Virus record (IMG/VR): IMGVR_UViG_3300037258_000161
Location: 44,412 to 108,411 of that record
Strand: one strand, 5' to 3'
Length of the DNA: 64,000 bases
Source of the DNA: a virus
Shown: positions 1 to 8,862 of the stretch, piece by piece
Position numbering within the stretch: position 1 is the first letter of the stretch
Layout: each line of letters starts with the position of its first letter
Notes under the pieces: generated by a model
Told to the model about the DNA's origin: nothing
The model's input: the letters and a program-made list of their open reading frames with translations, nothing else
Database searches by the model: none
Program-made: the position numbers and the translations under genes

Positions 1-1275
1 GAGTGCCAGGTACGCGAGCCCGGCATCCACGAGGAGGGGATTCGCGCGCAGCAGGGGTGACACGACGTCGGATATGCCAGTCGCCAGCGCGGTGACCGGC
101 GGCAGGACGGCATGCAGCCCGGCCACGAGATCGCCTGTGAGGGCGCCCGTGATCTGCAGGATCGGGGGCAGGAGCTTGTCCAGGGCACCGATCAGGGTGT
201 TCACCAGCGCAACGGACTGCGTGGCATTCCCGTTGGAGGCGAACGTCTGGAAAAGGTCACCCAGGGTCTTGCCCAGCAGCGACGCGGTCTGCCCGAGTTC
301 GGCTTCCGCCGGCTGCATTTCACGAAGCGCCGAGGTGAACTCCGGCAGGAACTCCGCAGCCCCCTGGTGCAGCCCCGACAGCAGATCTCTCAGCCCGGGA
401 AGGCCGGCCTGGAAGGCGGCTGCCACTTCCGGGGTCAGCCCCTCAAGGCCCGTGGCGAATTCCTGCAGCGAGGGCAGGAGTTCGGTGGCAATGGGGGCCA
501 GTTCGGTGATGGCCTCGTCCTTGACCCCGGTGAACATCGAGGTCACCGCGGCCTTGAGTTTCGGGTCCCCGGCGATCACCGCGGCGGCGATGCCGCCCAC
601 GAGCCCCACGCCTATCGCGGCCCCGGCCGCCGGAGCCAGGGCAGCCGCCCCGACGAGGATGCCGGCGATGAGGGTGCCGAGGCCGATGCCGCCCCCGCCG
701 GCTGCCGAGCCTGAGTCGCTCACCCCCTTGAGGGCAGCGCCAGCCTCAATGGCCTTGTCCCGGACACTGGCGAGGGACTCGGCCTCCGCCTCATTGGCCG
801 CGGCACTCTCCGCAGCTGCCCCCGCCTCTTCCGCGACAGCACCGGCTAGCTCATTGAGGGCGCCCCCGGCTTCGGCTCCGTCGCGGCCCACATTGGCCAG
901 GGCTTCCGCGAAGGCTTCGGAAGACGCGTCCCCGCCGTCCATGAGGCCGGCGAGTTCCTCAACCGAGCCGCCCAGGGCCTGGGTGGTCGCGGCCACCTGG
1001 CCCATCTGGTCCCGCAGATGGGAGGCACCCTCGGAGGTGGTGGCAAGGCTGTCGTCCAGGGTGCCGAGTTCGGCATCGACTTCTGCGACATTGCTGTTGA
1101 TGTTGAGCTTGGTGTCGGCAAGGGCGGCTTCTATGCCCTCTTTGAGATGATCACCGATCTCAACGCCCAGCTCGTCAGCCTCGGGCAGTATCTGGCTTTT
1201 AAGCTTGTCTGACCAGCCCTGGGCGCTCGGCACCACGGCGACGGTCACAGACCCGACTTCGCCCGCAGAAGGCAC
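1..1275 (-). CDS. Tape measure protein, N-terminal part (runs off window)
   Basis: Open frame from GTG at 1275 (MPSAGEVGSVTVAVVPSAQGWSDKLK...) with GGAAGG upstream; Ala/Gly/Leu-rich helical sequence; directly after the tail assembly chaperones. Confidence 0.88.
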   Translation of the reverse strand, partial: MPSAGEVGSVTVAVVPSAQGWSDKLKSQILPEADELGVEIGDHLKEGIEAALADTKLNINSNVAEVDAELGTLDDSLATTSEGASHLRDQMGQVAATTQALGGSVEELAGLMDGGDASSEAFAEALANVGRDGAEAGGALNELAGAVAEEAGAAAESAAANEAEAESLASVRDKAIEAGAALKGVSDSGSAAGGGGIGLGTLIAGILVGAAALAPAAGAAIGVGLVGGIAAAVIAGDPKLKAAVTSMFTGVKDEAITELAPIATELLPSLQEFATGLEGLTPEVAAAFQAGLPGLRDLLSGLHQGAAEFLPEFTSALREMQPAEAELGQTASLLGKTLGDLFQTFASNGNATQSVALVNTLIGALDKLLPPILQITGALTGDLVAGLHAVLPPVTALATGISDVVSPLLRANPLLVDAGLAYLAL

Positions 1276-1322
1276 GCTTTGTCACCGCCTTCCCGCTCGC
1301 CGGTCCGGGCAGCGGGAAAGCC

Positions 1323-1802
1323 TCACTCCAGCGCCGGTATCTCCAGTCCCCCCTCGGCCGCCCTCTTCCGCAGGCGCGGATCCAGGCGCAGCCTGTCTTT
1401 CATGCTGAGCCGCTTCCTCCTCGGCCTGGCGCCGGGGCGCTGCACCGGGTCAGGAGGCGACCCGGCTGCATTGCCGCCGGCGCTCGCTGCCACGGTGGTC
1501 CACCGCAGCAGCCGCACCTCGTCCACGAGCAGGGCCAGAAGCATCTCCGGGGAAGACCAGCGGCCGGCGTCCGGATCAACCGGCTCCACTGGTGCCGCGT
1601 CCGGGTCATCCTGCGCGGCGTTGCGGAGCCCGGTCAGCGTCAGGGACTCCGGAGGGAGCGCGTCGATCAGTACGAGGAGCTTGCGCAGGCTGAGCTTGCC
1701 GCGGTAGTGATCAAGCAGGTCCAGCCCGTAGTAACGGTGCAGGTCGGCCTCTAGCGCCTCGTGGTGCTCCTTGAGGAACGCGAGCGCCGAGAGGGTTTTC
1801 CC
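1323..1802 (-). CDS. Tail assembly chaperone, -1 frameshift extension (G-T type)
   Basis: The -1 frame from the GGGAAAA site reads KTLSALAFLKEHHEALEADLHRYYGLDLLD... and continues into ORF 1323..1589. Confidence 0.85.
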   Translation of the reverse strand, partial: GKTLSALAFLKEHHEALEADLHRYYGLDLLDHYRGKLSLRKLLVLIDALPPESLTLTGLRNAAQDDPDAAPVEPVDPDAGRWSSPEMLLALLVDEVRLLRWTTVAASAGGNAAGSPPDPVQRPGARPRRKRLSMKDRLRLDPRLRKRAAEGGLEIPALE

Positions 1803-2125
1803 GGCGTGATACCACTGGCAGAGGACACGACCTCGATGATCCGCTCAAGCTGGTAGTTCCGGACCTTCGCCGCGGTGAACGCCTTGAAGTCCTTGTCGCT
1901 CAGGACGCGCTGCGCCCACGCGATCGAGTTTCCGTTCCCGAGGAACACGCTGGCCTCGTGCGGCCAGTCCTTCTGATGCGGGAAGGTGACGACCTTCCCG
2001 CCGATGCGGACGCTCGTGGGCTCGCCGACCGCCTCACGGCGCAGGGCGTCATCTTCGGCGTCCAGGTCGAGGTCAACAACGTCAGCCTCTTCAGCGTCCC
2101 GTTCCGGGGCGTCTGCGGCGGTCAT
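1751..2125 (-). CDS. Tail assembly chaperone (G-like)
   Basis: Lies between major tail and tape measure; slippery heptamer near its 3' end. Confidence 0.85.
   Translation of the reverse strand: MTAADAPERDAEEADVVDLDLDAEDDALRREAVGEPTSVRIGGKVVTFPHQKDWPHEASVFLGNGNSIAWAQRVLSDKDFKAFTAAKVRNYQLERIIEVVSSASGITPGKPSRRSRSSRSTTRR
1796..1802 (-). other. Programmed -1 ribosomal frameshift site G GGA AAA
   Basis: XXXYYYZ heptamer in the correct phase (CCG GGA AAA) in the chaperone gene. Confidence 0.85.
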
Positions 2126-2207
2126 TCAGGGTCCTCTCTGGCGCTCCCATTCCGGCAGCGCGGACGGCAGGAAACGGCCCGGTACATTCCGCACCGGGCC
2201 GCACTGG

Positions 2208-2813
2208 TTACGCGAAGAACGGCGTCAGATCAGCGGCGCCGTAGTCGATGTAGCGCTGGATCGCCGCCCTGGTGGACCCGATCATGTCGGGGTACAGGGT
2301 GATGGTCAGCTGGATGGTCTCGGCGTCGGTCTGCTGCTGCTGGTCGTTGCCGCGGCTGGTCACCTTGGCGTTGACAGCGAAGTTCCGCATCGCCTTGTCG
2401 CCGTCGATGGTGTCGAACAGGAAGCAGTACCTGTTGTCGGTGGGGATCTCGGGCATCAGGTACGTGGCCACGGTGGTGCCGGTCGCAGGCTGCAGCTGGT
2501 CGAGCAGCACATCGTCGTACAGCGCCCTGACGGCGGGGTTCAGGCCCTCCATGAAGGTGACGTCGAACGTCTTAGGGGCTGCGGACGTGATGGTGCGGAT
2601 CGGGTCCAGTGTGCCGGCCGCCATCACATCCTTGATGGTCTCGGCCAGCTTGAAGGTGGCACCCGTGGTGTCCACCCAGCCCAGGCAGATCCACGGCGAT
2701 GTCACCGCAGCGAAGCCCGCGGGCGGCGTAGTACCCAGGTCGGCGTAGTACGCCATGACATCACCTGCGGCATATGTGAGGTCAGCTGACCTAGTGTCCG
2801 TAATGAGACTCAC
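2208..2813 (-). CDS. Major tail (tube) protein
   Basis: 201 aa; LGWVDTTGATF and TITLYPD motifs typical of actinophage tail tube proteins; synteny. Confidence 0.85.
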   Translation of the reverse strand: MSLITDTRSADLTYAAGDVMAYYADLGTTPPAGFAAVTSPWICLGWVDTTGATFKLAETIKDVMAAGTLDPIRTITSAAPKTFDVTFMEGLNPAVRALYDDVLLDQLQPATGTTVATYLMPEIPTDNRYCFLFDTIDGDKAMRNFAVNAKVTSRGNDQQQQTDAETIQLTITLYPDMIGSTRAAIQRYIDYGAADLTPFFA

Positions 2814-2824
2814 CCTCTATCTAG

Positions 2825-3523
2825 TCAGGTTTCCTCACCGCCCGTCCCATTAGGCGATGTGGGGGCGGATTTGGGTTCGGTAGTGACTGCCGGCCAGACG
2901 ACCTGCGCTCTTGCGGTCAGGACGTTCTTCCGGTACGTCGGGTCCTGCCACTGGGCCTTCCGGGTCGCACTGAGTTTCGCTAGCGCCTCCGCAGAGTGCG
3001 TTCGGCCTATGTGAGCTTCCGAGCGGTTCTTACGGCCCTCTTCGGAGCGCTGCCCTGCCAGGATGGCGGCACGTTTCTCCTTGTCAGCCCACATAGCGCG
3101 ACCGTTCGCGGACATCGTGGCCAGCAGTTCCGGGCTCTTCTCGCGACCGCGGTTAGCCGCCCCGATCTTGGCCCGCGTCTCGGCGGACACCACGCGCCCG
3201 CGGTGTGCCGCGCTGAGCTTGGCCCGCGTCTCAGGGGAGATCGAGCCCTTGATGCGCTCATTGAGCAGTGCGCCGCGGGTGAGTTTGCGCAGGGCGATGA
3301 TGCATGCCCGCTCCACCTTGTTGGCCTCTTCGCCGTCCTCGACGATGGCGATGATCCGGAAGGCTGGCGGAGCATCCAGCGTCCGCAGCCACTGGTGCAG
3401 CTTGTTGTTCCTGCGGGTGCGGTCGTTCCAGTGCTGGCGCTGCCTGCCTTTACCGCTCACGGACTGCCCGATGTACCTGATCTCACCCGCGTCGCCGAGT
3501 ACGGCGTAGATGTCTGTAGCCAT
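2825..3523 (-). CDS. GIY-YIG homing endonuclease with NUMOD3-like repeats
   Basis: DIYAV...RYIGQS...R..H...E..I...LLN, then repeated SxETRAKL/I motifs; ATG at 3523. Confidence 0.8.
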   Translation of the reverse strand: MATDIYAVLGDAGEIRYIGQSVSGKGRQRQHWNDRTRRNNKLHQWLRTLDAPPAFRIIAIVEDGEEANKVERACIIALRKLTRGALLNERIKGSISPETRAKLSAAHRGRVVSAETRAKIGAANRGREKSPELLATMSANGRAMWADKEKRAAILAGQRSEEGRKNRSEAHIGRTHSAEALAKLSATRKAQWQDPTYRKNVLTARAQVVWPAVTTEPKSAPTSPNGTGGEET

Positions 3524-3532
3524 GCGGTCTAT

Positions 3533-3548
3533 TGTACATCCATGTACA
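3533..3548. promoter_or_regulatory. Tandem TGTACA palindromes (candidate Phd/YefM operator)
   Basis: TGTACA at 3533-3538 and 3543-3548, just upstream of the antitoxin gene. Confidence 0.55.
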
Positions 3549-3557
3549 TGAGCTAGC

Positions 3558-3758
3558 ATGGATGTCATGAGCGAGTCTTCAGAGAAAGGCGTCGCCGAGT
3601 TGCGGCTTGAACTGGCCGACGTCCTCAATGCCGCCGCCGTGCGCGGCGAGATAACCTACGTCACCAACCGCGGGAGGCGCATGGCCGCCGTCGTCCCCAT
3701 TCCCGTCGCTGAGGCGGCCGAAGCGGCGGCCAAGTCGAGGACTGATCGGCAGAGATGA
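3558..3758 (+). CDS. Phd/YefM family antitoxin
   Basis: GVAELRLELADVLN...GEITYVTNRGRRMAAVVP fits the Phd/YefM N-terminal pattern. Confidence 0.8.
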   Translation: MDVMSESSEKGVAELRLELADVLNAAAVRGEITYVTNRGRRMAAVVPIPVAEAAEAAAKSRTDRQR

Positions 3759-4213
3759 CTACCGATAAGGCCGTTGACGTCTGGCTGATCGCCTTCCTGT
3801 CCGCCCGGCTGGACGAGGACGAGCTGGCCGCGCGGAACGCGGGCGGGGAGACATGGGACTTCACGGGCCCGGACTGCAAGGTACGCGTCCGCGAGCCTGA
3901 CGGCGACCTCGGGCGCATCATCGCCTACTGCCGGCACGGCGAGCCACTGAACGAAGATCTGGCGCTCGCAATCCATATCGGCCACAACGACCCAGCCCGC
4001 ACGCTCCGCGAGATCGAGATCGAGATCGAGATCAGGCGGGCGAGGCTGAGGCGGTACCTGGAACAGCCCAGCTGGCACCTGCCCGAGGGTGTCCGCGACA
4101 CCGACGAGCGCCAGCGCGCCCAGATAGTGAAAGACGTACTGGACGGCGAGGTCCGGGAGGACGCCGCCGTCTACAGCGACCATCCGGACTACCGGCAGGA
4201 GTGGAAACCATGA
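3755..4213 (+). CDS. DUF6221-like protein (copy 1)
   Basis: AFLSARLDEDE...HDPARxLRE...YSDHPDYRQEWKP family motifs (recalled); ATGA overlap with the antitoxin. Confidence 0.7.
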   Translation: MTTDKAVDVWLIAFLSARLDEDELAARNAGGETWDFTGPDCKVRVREPDGDLGRIIAYCRHGEPLNEDLALAIHIGHNDPARTLREIEIEIEIRRARLRRYLEQPSWHLPEGVRDTDERQRAQIVKDVLDGEVREDAAVYSDHPDYRQEWKP

Positions 4214-4413
4214 CCGGCCAGATCCTGGTCATCCTGGGGATTGCGATTGCCGTGTTCGTAACGGTCATCCTGGGTGCGTTCTTGTATGCGGCGCTCAAGG
4301 GGGCCACATTCCGTGAGGCGTGGCACCTCTGGTGGGAAGCTGTGGACCGCGAATACAAGGAGCACCCGACGTGGATTGCCCGGTGGCGCAGGCGCCGGCG
4401 AGCGCCTAAGTGA
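4210..4413 (+). CDS. Small membrane protein
   Basis: N-terminal hydrophobic helix, basic C-terminus; coupled to the upstream gene. Confidence 0.55.
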   Translation: MTGQILVILGIAIAVFVTVILGAFLYAALKGATFREAWHLWWEAVDREYKEHPTWIARWRRRRRAPK

Positions 4414-4422
4414 CGTGCCCTG

Positions 4423-4854
4423 TCAGGGCCGGGCGTGGATCTCGTAGCTCGCGCCGTAACGCGACATGTCCTGGTTCTCGTCGGGGATCCACCGCGGCCC
4501 GACTACCACCGTGACCGTCTGGACCGTCCCCTCCGGCAGGCTCACCCCCCGCAGCTGCCACAGCAGGAGGCATTCGCAGGCCTGCGCGATGGCGTACGCC
4601 GCATCCCGGTCGAACGAGTACACGTCCAGGTCCACGATCGGGCGGTCCACGAAATAGCTCCGCGTCGCACCGGACACGCGGCTGATCCGGGTCCACGCAC
4701 CGGACGCGCCAGGGGGGATGTACGGCAGGTCGGTGCAGAGCCTCACCGGGGCGAGCACGGCGTTCTGCCCGAGCCCCTGCTGCCCGGTGAGCCAGTTGAG
4801 CAGCAACACCTCGATGTCAGGGAACGGCTTCGGGCTGAACCTCGGCAGCGGCAC
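4423..4854 (-). CDS. Tail terminator
   Basis: FPDIE...RISRVSG...DRPIVDLDVY...GPRWIPD; synteny. Confidence 0.8.
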   Translation of the reverse strand: MPLPRFSPKPFPDIEVLLLNWLTGQQGLGQNAVLAPVRLCTDLPYIPPGASGAWTRISRVSGATRSYFVDRPIVDLDVYSFDRDAAYAIAQACECLLLWQLRGVSLPEGTVQTVTVVVGPRWIPDENQDMSRYGASYEIHARP

Positions 4855-4855
4855 G

Positions 4856-5194
4856 TCAGTCGCCGGCCGCGCTCATCAGCGCGTTGAGCATCGTGTGGTG
4901 AGCCAGCTGGCGGTGCGTGCCGTACTCGACCCAGCGGGCTTCGGGGGCTGAGTTCGAGATGATTGCTGCCGCCCTGTCCCCTTTCCAGCCGCCAGCGCTG
5001 GTGATCGTCATAGAGAAGGAGTCCTTGTACCGGCCGCGGTGCGGATCTTCCCAGTCGCCGTGATAGACGGGGGCCGTGGCGATGCACTGCGCCAGGACGT
5101 TCGCGCCGCGGCGTCCCATCTCGGCCTGCAGGAAGTCCGAGCGGAGCATGGCACCGATTCCGGCATAGCTGCCCTGGTAGGTGCTGCCGCCCAT
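4856..5194 (-). CDS. HK97 gp10-like neck/tail-completion protein
   Basis: APV...GRYKDS...ARWVEYGT...HHTMLNAL motif. Confidence 0.75.
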   Translation of the reverse strand: MGGSTYQGSYAGIGAMLRSDFLQAEMGRRGANVLAQCIATAPVYHGDWEDPHRGRYKDSFSMTITSAGGWKGDRAAAIISNSAPEARWVEYGTHRQLAHHTMLNALMSAAGD

Positions 5195-5203
5195 TGGTGC
5201 CCC

Positions 5204-5575
5204 CTAACCCGCCTCGGTAGACATGTGGGCCGTGGCGCCCGTGACGCGCTTCAGGTGGACGAAGACCGGGCCGACGAGGCCGGTAAAGGGCGACGTCCAG
5301 GTGCCACCCTCGCCAGTAATCTCGAACGTTTCGCCGTTCTCGCGGATGATCCGGTCCTGCGGCGCGACCGGTGTTCCCCGGGGCAGGTACATCTGGCCAC
5401 CAGCCGTGACCTGCTCAGTGCCGATCGCGGCTTCGGCCTCGGTACCGGGCTCCCATGCGACGGGGCCGACCGTAGAGTCGGTGAAGGTGATGATGTCGTT
5501 GCCGCGAGCGCTCCGGCCGGTTATGGCCGCCCTTTGGTACGTGACGTACTCACCTGGACCGCCGGGATCCAGCAT
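5204..5575 (-). CDS. Head-to-tail stopper (head closure)
   Basis: DRII...GETFEITGE...W.SPFTG...V.LKRVTG; synteny. Confidence 0.75.
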   Translation of the reverse strand: MLDPGGPGEYVTYQRAAITGRSARGNDIITFTDSTVGPVAWEPGTEAEAAIGTEQVTAGGQMYLPRGTPVAPQDRIIRENGETFEITGEGGTWTSPFTGLVGPVFVHLKRVTGATAHMSTEAG

Positions 5576-5596
5576 CGGCTACCTCCCGCGCTCCGG

Positions 5597-5932
5597 TCAG
5601 GCCACGTGCTTCCAGGTCACCCGGTTGACGACGTCGTGCACGGTCGGCTGCTTTACGCCATAGGCGGCACCGAGGGTCTGCTGGGAGACGCCGCCTGCGT
5701 CCCATCTGCGGCGTATCTCTCTCACTTTGTCCTCGTTCAATTTGGCGCAGCAGTGCTCGTTGCCCTTGGCTGGGTGAAGTGAGCCATGGCGCAGCGAGTC
5801 CTGCACGTTCTCGCTGTGAGTGCCGAACTCAAGGTTGGACGCAGCACAGTCGGTCTTGATGCCGTTCTTGTGCCGGCGGACCAGACCGGGCGGCAGAGGT
5901 CCGAGGAAAGCGGCCAGGTCGTATCCGCGCAT
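5597..5932 (-). CDS. HNH endonuclease, probably N-terminally truncated, with C-terminal HTH
   Basis: AFLGP...VRRHKNGIKTDCAASNLEFGTHSEN, then AKLNEDKVREIR. Confidence 0.7.
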   Translation of the reverse strand: MRGYDLAAFLGPLPPGLVRRHKNGIKTDCAASNLEFGTHSENVQDSLRHGSLHPAKGNEHCCAKLNEDKVREIRRRWDAGGVSQQTLGAAYGVKQPTVHDVVNRVTWKHVA

Positions 5933-6576
5933 TAGCGCAGGCGCGTCATGATCGTGCCAGTCGTGAGCCGGTAGTCCTTCAGTGCCGCGAGGTCAGCCTG
6001 AGTCAGGGCGACCGCCACGCCACCGCCAGACCGCTCCAAACGGTACGAATACGCCCCTAATGTTTCCCCGATCACGCCCGCCGCAAGAGTCGGCGCCGCG
6101 AGTACTGACAGCACTGCATTCGCGCAGACCATCACCACGTCGTCGGGTACCTCGGGGTAACCGTAGTTCCGGCAGACCTTGAAGGTCTGGGGGTACAAAT
6201 CGGAATCCCAGTACACATAGGGCAGGTTGATGATGAAGTCGGTCCCCACGTCCAACCGGATGCGGTCGATCCCGTCGAAGATGAACCAGGTGATCGGGAT
6301 GTCCGGCAAATCAATGCCGCCGCCGAAGTCGCTCCCGATCGCGGTCACGGAGATGACCTCGGTCGTGGTCTTGTCCGGCAGCAGGATCTCGGAGTCGTGG
6401 CCGCGGAAGATGCCCGTCTCATCCGCGTGCAGCAGGAAGTCCCGCCGGCAGTAGCGGCGGATCTGCGCCGAGGCGTCGGCCAGGAGCGCCGGGGCACGCG
6501 TGGCCTCAGCCTCGGTCAGGTCGCGCCCCAGCCGCGCGGCGACGTCATCCGGCTGGGCGAGAGGGGGCGGGCTCAT
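5932..6576 (-). CDS. Head-to-tail adaptor
   Basis: LAQPDDVAARLGRDL...LLADASAQIR...ETLGAYSY. Confidence 0.8.
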   Translation of the reverse strand: MSPPPLAQPDDVAARLGRDLTEAEATRAPALLADASAQIRRYCRRDFLLHADETGIFRGHDSEILLPDKTTTEVISVTAIGSDFGGGIDLPDIPITWFIFDGIDRIRLDVGTDFIINLPYVYWDSDLYPQTFKVCRNYGYPEVPDDVVMVCANAVLSVLAAPTLAAGVIGETLGAYSYRLERSGGGVAVALTQADLAALKDYRLTTGTIMTRLR

Positions 6577-6624
6577 CGGCTACCCCTTCCTGCCGTCACC
6601 GGATGACGTCGCCGCGGTCAGGTG

Positions 6625-6978
6625 CTAGTGGGTGCGGATGCGGCCGGTCACCCAGAGGGTGATCTTCGCCGTGGTCCCCTGCAGGCCACTGAGGAAGTCG
6701 CCGGGCTGCATGACGATGCCGAGTGTGCCGAGGGTTGAGGCCAGCGATGACGAGGACACCGCCGCCACGGACAGGGCGGCGGCCACGCGGTGCGTGACCC
6801 CGGCGGTACCCCCCGAGGGCACGACGTCCAGCGTGTAGCCGTACGCGGTGCTCCCGTCGTTGTTGCAGGCCACCACGTTGTCGAGGATCCAGTCCTCGCC
6901 GGCCGGAACGGTGGCGAGGGTGGTCGCCGAGGTAGTCGGCTGTCCCTTGTAGAAGTTGGCGTTCTGGAGCGGTCCCAT
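6625..6978 (-). CDS. Putative virion decoration protein (beta-sandwich); paralog of 21894..22259
   Basis: Follows the capsid gene; beta-rich; similar to 21894..22259. Confidence 0.5.
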   Translation of the reverse strand: MGPLQNANFYKGQPTTSATTLATVPAGEDWILDNVVACNNDGSTAYGYTLDVVPSGGTAGVTHRVAAALSVAAVSSSSLASTLGTLGIVMQPGDFLSGLQGTTAKITLWVTGRIRTH

Positions 6979-7029
6979 GCGTCTTCTCCTGTTCCTGGTT
7001 CGTGTCTTCGTGTTGCCCGGGAACCGGCG

Positions 7030-8031
7030 TCAGACGGCGCTCGCGATGGCACCGAAGGGCCAGCGCTGCTGGGTCCCCCCCGCTCCGTCGATCGTCTCGG
7101 TCGGCTGCATGATGGTGACCGGGTTCGCGGTGGCATAGGCCATGCGGAAGGTCAGCTTCATGGCCACGGCGTTCTGCTGGAGGAGGTTGAGGACGACCTG
7201 CCCGGAGTCGTTGCTGATGACGCCCACATCGGTCATCTGGAACGAGATGTCCTGCCGCAGCCCGATCACAGCCTTGGTCCAGTCGCCGCACAGCACCTGG
7301 GCCTTGGCGCCTTGCCACGAGCCGTTCTTGACCTCCGTCATCGTGTAGCCGTACAGAAGCGAGTTCCCCGTCGCCTTGCCGTTCTGCATGTCGGGGGCAT
7401 AGATCGGGACACCCTGTTCCGACCGCAGTCCCTTCAGCCGCCATCCCAGGCCGGGACGCGCGGCGAAGCCGTCCACCGTGTAGCCGGTCTGGGACATTGC
7501 GTCCCCGAGGGCCGCGATGGACTGCCCGAAGTCGTCCGCCGACTCGGTCCCGGCGGAATCCAGGTAACCATCCTGGACGACGTTCCCGGCCGCTACCGCA
7601 CCGTCGTAGATCGCCTGTCCCCATGTGGTGGGCTTGGCGACATTCCAGAAAACAGCCGAGTCGATCAGTGCGCCGAGCGCCTCCACCATCCGCGGCTGGA
7701 CCTGCGCCCAGACATCCACATCGGCGTCATCGAGATACGCCTTCGGAACGGGGATGATCGTGGCGAGTTCCTCCACGACCAGCTGGACGCCCTTCCATGC
7801 CTGCGCCGCCGTCTGCACGAGGCCCGTGTCGCCTCCGACGAAGTAGGCGACCGGCAGCATGTCCAGCACGGGGATGCGCTGGGTCTTGGAGGACAGCGGC
7901 ATGTGCGCCATCAGGCCCAGGGCCGCGCTCGAAGTCGGGAGTTCCTGGAAGATCTCGTTGCTCAGCGGCTCCGGCACGAGTGCGTCGGAACCGCTGGAGC
8001 GCGAGATGAGGTCGTTATAGACACCCGTCAT
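7030..8031 (-). CDS. Major capsid protein (HK97 fold)
   Basis: 333 aa; LVPEPLSNEI...AYFV...EELATIIPV...GDW...GLRQDI...NLLQQNAVAMK. Confidence 0.92.
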   Translation of the reverse strand: MTGVYNDLISRSSGSDALVPEPLSNEIFQELPTSSAALGLMAHMPLSSKTQRIPVLDMLPVAYFVGGDTGLVQTAAQAWKGVQLVVEELATIIPVPKAYLDDADVDVWAQVQPRMVEALGALIDSAVFWNVAKPTTWGQAIYDGAVAAGNVVQDGYLDSAGTESADDFGQSIAALGDAMSQTGYTVDGFAARPGLGWRLKGLRSEQGVPIYAPDMQNGKATGNSLLYGYTMTEVKNGSWQGAKAQVLCGDWTKAVIGLRQDISFQMTDVGVISNDSGQVVLNLLQQNAVAMKLTFRMAYATANPVTIMQPTETIDGAGGTQQRWPFGAIASAV

Positions 8032-8084
8032 CGGGCTTACCGCCTTTCACTGTGGGGCAGCCCGGCATGGCGGTGCTGCTGGAA

Positions 8085-8783
8085 TTACCTGGAACGGAGG
8101 TCTTCGTACTGGTTGCGGATCCACTCGCCGCCAGTCCGCGGCGCGTCACGGCCCGCAGGGGACGCCCCGGCGCGCATGGCTTCTACGGGCCGGCGCCCGC
8201 GGGCTGCCGCCGCCGTTCCCGCGGCAGTGGCTGAGGTGCCGTTCGCGCCAGCCGCCGCCTGGGCCGTGGCGAGCTGGGCCGCCACCTGGTCGGCGACACG
8301 GTTGTTGATCTCGGCGGCGATGGCCTCCGCATTCGCGTTGATCTCGTCCTCGGTCGCACCGCTGAGCGTGTCGATCAGCCCGGGAGGGAGTCCGTACGTG
8401 GCCGCCGCGAGGGTGCGGTGATAGCGGCCCTCCGCGTCAGCCGCGCGCTGCTCAGCCGCGGCCCGGGCGTCGGTCTCACGCTGGAGCTCGGTCTTCTGGG
8501 CGTCCTCGATCGCGGCGAGCTTCCTGGCTGCCTCGCCGCCCGCCTGGACCTGGTTTCTGTACCTGTTCGCCGCCGTCTCGTTCTTGCGGGACAGGTCCCG
8601 CCACTTCTTTGCCTCAGCCTGCGCCGCGGCGAGCGGGTCACCCTCGGTGCCGTCATCGCCGCCGGTGAGAGCGTCGGCGAGCATCTCCGCCGGGTCACCC
8701 CCGGCGTCAGCGGCCGGGGCTGCGGGTGCGGTGGCGTCAGCGGTTCCGGTGCCTTCCGCCCCGGCTCCTGCGTCTTCGGACAT
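8085..8783 (-). CDS. Scaffolding protein
   Basis: KWRDLSRKNE...IEDAQKTELQR coiled coil; upstream of capsid; GGAGG RBS before ATG 8783. Confidence 0.85.
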   Translation of the reverse strand: MSEDAGAGAEGTGTADATAPAAPAADAGGDPAEMLADALTGGDDGTEGDPLAAAQAEAKKWRDLSRKNETAANRYRNQVQAGGEAARKLAAIEDAQKTELQRETDARAAAEQRAADAEGRYHRTLAAATYGLPPGLIDTLSGATEDEINANAEAIAAEINNRVADQVAAQLATAQAAAGANGTSATAAGTAAAARGRRPVEAMRAGASPAGRDAPRTGGEWIRNQYEDLRSR

Positions 8784-8807
8784 GCGGATGCCTCCCATTC
8801 CGGGAAA

Positions 8808-8841
8808 TGAAAAAGCCCTCCGCCATTCCGGCTGAGAGCTC
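8808..8841 (-). terminator. Intrinsic terminator-like hairpin with U tract
   Basis: Minus strand GCTCTCAGCC-GGAAT-GGCGGAGGGC followed by TTTTT. Confidence 0.5.
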
Positions 8842-8862
8842 CGTGGTGCCGCGCGAGCGCGG

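Noticed and set aside
74-1150. Long plus-strand ORFs opposite structural genes (also 6790..8421, 10162..11826, 31396..32859, 59241..60386)
   Set aside because: Antisense shadow ORFs typical of high-GC DNA; the other strand encodes recognisable proteins
2814-3557. Group I intron around the GIY-YIG gene
   Set aside because: Flanking genes look complete and no intron core was recognised; the nuclease appears free-standing
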